Source of the DNA: Eledone cirrhosa
Lineage: Eukaryota
Reading direction: 5' to 3'
Assembly (NCBI GenBank): GCA_964016885.1
Contig: OZ024743.1
Span: 244,714,001-244,778,000, forward strand
DNA length: 64,000 nucleotides
The position numbers and the translations under genes are program-made. How positions within the stretch are numbered: position 1 is the stretch's first letter; every line of letters begins with the position of its first letter. Of the stretch, positions 56,040-64,000 are shown one piece after another. A model generated the notes under the pieces. The model made no database searches. It was not told where the DNA came from and was given only the letters and a program-made list of their open reading frames with translations.

Positions 56040-57575
56040 ATCTATCTGACCACAGATCAGATGCCGCTGTGCATTGTAGTGTTCTAGCCTCTGAAGACAG
56101 GACCAAAGCCTTGAGGACCGCCTCCAGGTATCGATGGTCGACCCTATCGAAAGCTTTCGATTGATTTAAATTGATTAGAGCCCCACCGAAACCAGGTTTA
56201 CACCCTACTCTCTCTATGATGTATCGCATGAGGTGGAGGTTGTCGTGTATGGACTTGGTCGAGATTGCGCAAGTTTGCGCCTCCCCTACCAAATCCTCGA
56301 CGACAAGCGCGAACCTCTTTGCTAACACCTTGGCCAAAATTTTAAACTCTGTTTTTAGCAGAGTTATGGGCCTGAAGCTATCTAACGTATCCCTCTTGTT
56401 CTCGACTTTCCTTATCAGCGTCACTACGCCCGGGCTCACAGAACTAGGAATACTCCCGTTCTGCTGAACCTATGGTGAGATCGGAGAACAAGTCTGGCAT
56501 ATCTACGTAAAGTGCGTAGGGCAGACCATCAAAACCGAGGGGATTTGCATCTTGTGCAGCCGACTAGGGCATCCCGAATCTGGGTTGAAGTTATCGGCTT
56601 TTTGCAGCGCCCAGCATCGGCTTGTGAGAGACGCGGCAGGCCATCAAGATAGGGACTGAAATTCACTACCGTCTCACTCATCTGCCTGAAATCGTTCAGC
56701 TCTCGTCGTTTAGGTTCGTAAAAGATCGAATTGTGGTTTTGTTACCACGCGGGTCCGTTGAACAGCTTTGGTTCGTTCGTTTCCTAGAGCACGCGCCTTA
56801 GCTCTGAAAATGCAACCTTTGTGTTTCGCATTGAAGAAATGATCTAATGCTATTCTCGCCGCTACCACGTCAGTTGCGATGTTACTACAAATAGCCTCAT
56901 CTAATTTAGCTACCACCTTCCCCTCCTTTTTATTTTTCTCTAACGCTACTTCTTTACTAAATCTTATCGAGATTCCTCTAATCTCTTTTTTGAGAGCCTA
57001 CCACCACCTGTTATTGACGACATCCCCCTGTCAACTTTTGTTTAACTACTTTGTTGACCCGGTCCCTGCATGTCCCTTATCTAGGATCTGGCTGATCAGG
57101 TATTTGAGGCGTTTGCACCCACTGCTCCTATCAGCTACTCCCACACAATCCCAGTTTGCGTCTAAGATGCCGTTCCAGTCCCCCGCTAACAGTAAATGGT
57201 GAGACGTTCTCAGAAAGGCTTCTAGGCGCCTAAAGAAGTCTGGCCCTCCGGCCCCGGTCGGGGCGTAGATGGCCACCAGTCTTAACGCACAATCTTCACT
57301 ATAGCTTACGTCCAGGACCACCAACTTGCCATCCGGGTCTCGGAAGATCGACCTTACCTCGAAATTCAGGCCTTTCCTAAACAGCACTGCCACCTCTCAT
57401 TCTCGGCTAAGAGATGTGAAGATCTGATAGTCGTCGAAAATGGGGGCGAATGCGAACGTGTCGGAAATCGTGGTCTCGCTAACGCCAGTCACATTTATAT
57501 CTAGTGACCTGAGGTTGTTCAGCGAGTGACCCTACTTTCAGGATGACCCCAGGCCACGAAAATTCAAGCATGGCT
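56040..57575 (-). mobile_element. Tx1/L1-clade LINE ORF2 remnant (APE endonuclease plus start of reverse transcriptase), disrupted and 3'-truncated
   Basis: LNFRGL..VSET; VAVLFRK; IYAPT; LAGDWN; FRPITLLKTEFKILAKVLAKR; QTCAI..SIHDN; QSKAFDRVDH. Contains stops, frameshifts and deletions. Confidence 0.93.
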
Positions 57576-57634
57576 AAAAGAGAGAGAAAAGTCCCTTTAA
57601 AAGTCTGGATGTGGGTTTCACATTCAGGCTATTA

Positions 57635-60130
57635 AAGAAATTGGGGAGGGGAGTTGAGTCCATCAGGGAAACAGGACACAAGGCGGTAAATCAGACTCTG
57701 TTCAGTCATGGTGCGCGGGGCTTGTGATCAGTGATGTAAAAGAACACCCAGTCCTGAGACATGTAGGGAAGAGTGACCTGGGGAACGGAATGACGGGCGA
57801 CAGGAGTATCCAAACCGAGTCGTATGTCCCTCAAATGTTCAGTAAAACGGTCCGCCAAACGGCGTCCCGTTTGTCCTATGTATAAGGACCTGAAAAGGGA
57901 ACACCGGAGGGCATAGACAACGTGGGTGGAGGTGCAGGTGAAGAGGGCCTGTGAGAGTGGTGAGGGAGGAAATGAAAGTACAAGTGTTACAGTGAGGACG
58001 AGAACAAGGATGAGAGCCAGGTAGAGTTGTAGGAGAGGACAAGAAGGAACTACATACCAGGAGGTCACGGAGGTTACGGGCGCGCTTAAATGCGGTGATA
58101 GGTGGGTTAGGAAAAAAAAGAGAAGTGATGGGGGTCAGAAGAGAGGGTGCAGAAGGAACGGAGAATATGTCACCGGAGTGGTAGGGTGATGGGGTGGTAG
58201 GTGAGAAGGAAAGGAAGATGGGTGTTGGGAGGGTGCTGGTGCAGTGAGAGGGCTGGGGTACGGTCGGTTTCACGGGCGCGGGTGTGAGCAGCTTGGATCA
58301 GGGTGGGGGGATATCCACGCTGGATGAAGCAGGAGGCCATGTGAAAGGAATGGGTTTCGAAATCGTGGTCCTGACTACAGAGCCGACGAAGACAGGGGAA
58401 TTGGGAATAAGGTATGGAGAGTTTTGTGTGGGTTGGATGTGAGGAGGTGAAGTCGAGGTAAGAGTGGGAGTCAGTCGGTTTATAGAAGATGGAAGTAGAG
58501 AGGGTGTGATGAGAGTGATCGATAGATAGAGAGATATCTAGAAAACGGATAGAAAAATCGGAGACGGAGGCGGTGAAGGTGAGAGCAGGTTGAAAAGATC
58601 GGACAAAATATAGAAAGCAGTCGAGCTGTTCACGTGATAGAGAGGTGGTGCCGATACAGTCGTCGATATAACGACTGTATAGCTTAGGAGTCGGTCCAGT
58701 GCACTGGGAGAAGATCTGGGCTTCGACGTAGCCAACAAAGAAGTTGGCATAGTTTGGGTCCATTCTGGTTCTCATCGCTACCCCCAGAGACCTGCTGATA
58801 GAATTCACTGGAAAAGGAAAACCCATTGAGGGTGAGAACAAGCTCAGCCAGACGGAGAAGAGTGGTAGTGCTGGGGTAAAGGGTAGGGCGTTAGTCTAAA
58901 AAGTGTCGGAGAGCGCGGAGGCCAGGAGGAAAGGAGAAGGAGTTAAAAAGTCTTAGGGCATGATTGGTGTCGTGGATGTGGGAGGGGAGGTTGACAACTA
59001 ACGGGGCGAGGAGGGAGTCTAAGTATTCAGAGATGATTTCGGTGGGGCAGCTGCACGCGGAAACGATAGGACCGCCGGCGGTGGATCGGCAGTATCGGTA
59101 GAGGGTCGGACGCCATGCTTTCCAGCATAGTTACGTCCCTTTACGATCTGAGTTCAAATCTCGCCGAGGTTGACTTTGCCTTTCATCCTTATGGGGTCGA
59201 TAAAATAAAGTACCAGTAATGTACTGGGTAATTGCTGGCCTTGTGCCTAAAGTAGAAACAATTATTTGGTTTGTGCATTTGGGGGAGGAAGTAGATTGTG
59301 GGTGTGCGAGGGGTGCGTACAATAAGGTTGGTGGCTGTGGGGGGTAGGTGAGAGGAGGAGATGAGCTCGTGATGGTGGAGGACACGAGTTGTTGGTAGCC
59401 AGGAGTGGGGTCGGAGGATAAAGGGCGGTAAAATAGAGTATCATGAAGTTGGCGGAGGGCCTCAGCCTTGTAGAGGTCAATGCTCCAAACCACCACAGCG
59501 CCACCTTTGTCAGCGGGTTTGATGACAATGTCATCGCGACGAGAATGTTGATGGAAACGGAACTGATTCACAGTACGTCGGCAAGTATCGACAAAGGAGT
59601 CGAGGGTGCTGAACTGGCCAGAGCTCGGCGTCCAATGTGATTGCCGGCGACTGAGACGAGTGAAGTCATCCGTCTGTGTTGATGATGGCGTGTCGTGAAA
59701 AGAAGCTTTCAGCTTTAGTCGACGGAAGAACCCTTCAATCTCGGCACGTGTGCGGAACTCGCAGGTTGATGTAGTTGGTATGAAACACAAACCCCGGGCG
59801 AGGATGGAGCGCTCAGCTTCGAAGGATGGTAGGTCCTGGGGTATTGTGACAACAGTGTAGGGACGTGAGGGAGTGAAAGTAGCGGAGGCGGAGGGGCTAA
59901 GGTGGTTGGGCAAAGTGTGTGCAGATTCAGTGGTGGGGAGAGGAAAGGGAGTGGTAGGTGACGGGATAGTATGGTTAGGTTTGGCGGTGAAATGAGTATG
60001 CGTGGGTGGTGACGGCAGGGCGGTAGAGGTTTGTTGTTTTTTATGGAAGTGAGGAAATTGAAGGTAAAGGGTGAATTGGATAAGGGATTTCGTCGAGGAG
60101 GCGTGCAAGTGGAGGAGAGATGGAGGTAGG
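57635..60130 (-). mobile_element. Penelope-like element (Neptune type), RT plus C-terminal GIY-YIG, decayed
   Basis: [10 protein letters not shown]; [13 protein letters not shown]; PIVSACSCPTE; GVAM.T.M.PNYANFF; RYIDD; YKPTDSHSYL..SSHP..SIPYSQF..LRRLCS; CxxxxCxxC linker; VVYALRC..YIGQTGRRLADRFTEH; EQSLIYRL..PDGLN. Confidence 0.93.
59077..59262 (+). mobile_element. tRNA-derived SINE of octopus type inserted into the Penelope RT
   Basis: GGCGGTGGATCGGCAGTATCGGTAG head, B-box GAGTTCAAATC, body GACTTTGCCTTTCATCCTT..GGGGTCGATAAAATAAAGTACCAGT. It separates RT motifs PK.HKP and PIVS. Confidence 0.85.
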
Positions 60131-60167
60131 TCTTGGGGAGATCTCGGTCGAGAGAATGGATTTGGGC

Positions 60168-60345
<178 letters not shown>

Positions 60346-61514
60346 GTTATTTGCAGTTCCCAGAGTGCGCCTGAAATTGCTACGAACCCTGGCTGCCCAT
60401 ACTGGATTTTTCAAAAGCAACCTTTGCTAGGTGTGTTTATGGCAGATCAAATTTTTTTGTGGAACTATCAATAGCTGTTTAAGTCATAAGTCCTTCTTCC
60501 ATCCAACTTTCTTCATTCAGAATGAATAAGCCGGGGAAGTTTAAGCTCGAAGAGTATCGAGCTTATTCAACAAACTTATGTATAAGAATAGCAAACTTAC
60601 TGCCTTACCGTTCAGAACAAACACAGAACAATTGAGGAAGTCATCGCAATTATTGAAGAAATTATAACCGAGTGAAAATATTCGGGTACTGTTCAAGCAC
60701 CCTATATATCACCTTTTGTAAAGCCCTTCGAATGACTGAAGCAATTCAATAAAACCATCCCGTTTTCCCCCTATAGTAGACATAACCCGAGAAAACACAC
60801 CATAATAAGTCGGATAAACAATCAGTAGTGTTGGCCCTAAAGAGGGCCTTGTAACGTTCACTGTTGCAAAGTGTCAATAATGGAGAAGTTACATCTTCTT
60901 AATTAGTGTTAATTTTCCCACGATCCGACACCTTGAAATATCGACAAAATAAACTTTACTCTCAAAGACGGCATGTTACAATTAACATACCGGGAGTACG
61001 AATATTCGTCAACATACGATTTGGGTTTTATTCTTTGGACTAATCTCATGGTAAGCCAACTTCCAGGTCATTGATCATCACACTTTTTTGTAACTTATCA
61101 CCGATTCTTGCAGTTGACTTTAATGTGACCTAAGCGTGTGTACATGTTCAGAATCCATATCAGTGGATGTGATATATATGTATATATATATATATACGGG
61201 ATAACAGGTTATTGTTATAGGCAGTCCACTTAGATGTAGTCTAGTTGGAGTAGTTCGTGTAGTGGATAGTATTAACGTGTGGTTTAGTTTGACTCAACAA
61301 GACGTTTCCCTAGTGATGCTGCGAGTTCGCGGTGATTTCTATGTAGTTTATACTTGGAGTAATAATAATTCAAGAAAGAAGAGTGACATAGTTCGCTATA
61401 CAATAAGGGCTTTATTCATATTGCTGACAATGGTTTCTTTGATCTGGTAGGTCTAGAGTTCGCTATACGCCTGATTATGCGCCAATCGATCTCCAATACT
61501 TTGTTTATAACCAG

Positions 61515-62343
61515 TCGTTTTTATAAGAGCGGGCGAAATGAAGAAGGTACATAAGGCATGGTTTTTATATAGGTGTGGTATTAAACCAGAACAATAATAT
61601 CAATGATAAAATAAAATAACTAGATAGAAAATAGTTAAAATAATAACATCAATATAAGTAAGACATAGAGTATAATGAAGAATCTAGCATGTTAAACAAA
61701 CTGATATGATACAGATGTATGGAATTGACGTGTGAAAACTGCTATAGGGTACATTAGATATAGTGATGGGGTGGCGACTAGATAACAGTAACCACTAACA
61801 TGTACTTGGAGACAGAATTTATGAGGTATCCACTATGCTGTAGGCATTCTGGCAATAAACCGGAGATTTACTTATTATTTGACAGATAAACATTTTCGTT
61901 TGATTAATTTAGTGATGATGATAGTTTTTATGTGGTGTTAAATGGAGTTGTAGATTCGTTATTTAAGTGGTCTATACTAAAGGTAGGGATTGTTAGTTCG
62001 AATCGTGGGGGTTTAGTTTTCACAGCATCAATAACAAATCATGTATAAATAAGACAGTAATAACAACAATAATAGAAACAATAAAGGTAATAAAATAGTA
62101 AAATGTGCATGGTAGATATATAGAACATGATGAATAATGTTAGGGATACATTGAGATGTTCATAATAATAATAAGAATAATAAGAGGAAAGTAAGATTTC
62201 AAGGAGTGTAGGAGTAATAAGATAATGCACTTAGAATTAAGTTCATCTGTTAGAGATCATGAGTGCTAATGAGAGATATAATTGTTTGGTCCGAAGGAGT
62301 GAATAACAGCGAAGATGGGATTGATTTATGGGCTGATAAGATA
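61515..62343 (-). repeat. Left arm of long inverted repeat (inverted Penelope 3' UTR/pLTR)
   Basis: Reverse complement of 63172-64000 with no net indel (coordinates sum to 125515) and roughly ten substitutions by eye. Confidence 0.95.
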
Positions 62344-63042
62344 TCCTAAAATCTTCAATAGAAAAACTATAAAACTCTCATACTCTACTGCTGCAAACAT
62401 TGAATCGCACATACACAAGATCAACCACAAGAATACCTCTAGGAAAGATATCCCACCCATACGCAACATAGCACCAAACACAAAACACAAACGCATTACC
62501 GTATCACAACTGCAAACGCACATGAACGCACCACAGCAAAACTTCAATAGGCATGAATCACAACCCACATATAATAGCTTGCAAAACCGCAATGTGAAAG
62601 CTGCACAGAGTAATACCCCGAACTGCAACTGTCACCTACCGGATAAGTGCCCATTAGGTGAATAGGTGCCTTGATTCGAGCCTAGTGTACTATAGACTCG
62701 GACAACTCCACTTGGCACTACATTGGATCCACCGCGGGTGTTTTTAAAAAAAGATGGTATGTGCACAGACATTCAATGAAGAACCGTGCACTAGTAAATT
62801 CTACAACCCTCGCCAATAAAATCTCGCAACTTAAGGACAATAACCTTGATTATAATATTAGCTGGTCGAAATTGGCGGCCGCAAAGACATACAGCAGCGG
62901 TATGTCTCACTGCGGGCTCTGCAACCTTGAATTGCTGCATATCTTGAGGAACGATAAAATGCTACTCAACAGCAAAATAGAAAGGTCAATTTTCTGCAGA
63001 CATAGGATTGCTACAAAATTCGCGAGATTTAAACCACCGTGA
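62340..63042 (+). mobile_element. Penelope-like element 3' fragment: linker plus GIY-YIG endonuclease, frameshifted; probably Naiad-like rather than Neptune
   Basis: KIFNRKTIKLSYS..N; CNC..CPL..CL..LVY; YIGST..FKKRW..H..S; STTLA..I..LK; ISW; CGLCNLE; LLNSKIE..CRH. Clade call is from recalled motifs. Confidence 0.85.
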
Positions 63043-63171
63043 TTCGAACCAATATCACTTAGCTTTTAACATATGAAATCCGCCTTCTCACACAGCCCAA
63101 TACGGAACTATAATCTTCTATAAATACCTTATAGCCTCCCTAATTCTATTCCACTGGAATGTGTCTACAAC

Positions 63172-64000
63172 TATCTTATCAGCCCATAAATCAATCCCAT
63201 CTTCGCTGTTATTCACTCCTTCGGACCAAACAATTATATCTCTCATTAGCACTCATGGTCTCTAACAGATGAACCTAATTCTAAGTACATTATCTTATTA
63301 CTCCTACACTCCTTGAAATCTTACTTTCCTCTTATTATTCTTATTATTATTATGAACATCTCAATGTATCCCTAATATTATTCATCATGTTCTATATATC
63401 TACCATGCACATTTTACTATTTTATTACCTTTATTGTTTCTATTATTGTTGTTATTACTGTCTTATTTATACATGATTTGTTATTGATGCTGTGAAAACT
63501 ATACCCCCATGATTCGAACTAACAATCCCTACCTTTAGTATAGACCACTTAAATAACGAATCTACAACTCCATTTAACACCACATAAAAACTATCATCAT
63601 CACTAAATTAATCAAACGAAAATGTTTATCTGTCAAATAATAAGTAAATCTCCGGTTTATTGCCAAAATACCTACAGCATAGTGGATACCTCATAAATTC
63701 TGTCTCCAAGTATATGTTAGTGGTTACTGTTATCTAGTCGCCACCCCATCACTATATCTAATGTACCCTATAGCAGTTTTCACACGTCAATTCCATACAT
63801 CTGTATCATATCAGTTTGTTTAACATGCTAGATTCTTCATTATACTCTATGTCTTACTTATATTGATGTTATTATTTTAACTATTTTCTATCTAGTTATT
63901 TTATTTTATCATTGATATTATTGTTCTGGTTTAATACCACACCTATATAAAAACCATGCCTTATGTACCTTCTTCATTTCGCCCGCTCTTATAAAAACGA
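63172..64000 (+). repeat. Right arm of long inverted repeat (runs off window)
   Basis: Reverse complement of 61515-62343. Confidence 0.95.

Noticed and set aside
62620-62700. Selenocysteine recoding in the Penelope-like Cys motif
   Set aside because: The conserved Cys positions are TGC/TGT; the nearby TAG/TGA arise from a frameshift.

Overview
Eukaryotic, repeat-dominated DNA with no intact cellular gene recognisable. It is probably octopus or another cephalopod, inferred from the SINE types and microsatellite density, not proven. Bases 1-42752 are one tandem array of a 24-bp unit (ACCACCAGCACCACTACC[G/T]CCAA[C/T]) that continues past the left edge. On the minus strand it reads as silk-like (GSGAGG[V/I]G)n, open for about 6,760 codons (42776-22485). 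The codon-aligned plus frame reads as mucin-like (TTSTTT[A/S]N)n. The array has nested higher-order repeats, including a 7,221-bp in-frame duplication, and seven equivalent frameshifts confined to its left half. It begins inside the endonuclease domain of a decayed CRE-like retrotransposon, which supplies the apparent N-terminus MERKIINT. Bases 42.8-64 kb are decayed mobile elements among microsatellites. They include CRE-, R4/Dong-, RTE- and Tx1-like LINE fragments (several seated in specific tetranucleotide repeats), tRNA-derived SINEs and Helitron-type ends. There is also a Neptune-type Penelope element, a hammerhead-like motif, a 64-bp foldback, and a second Penelope-like GIY-YIG fragment between inverted repeats of at least 829 bp. 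Whether the array is a structural-protein exon or a non-coding satellite cannot be decided from sequence alone.
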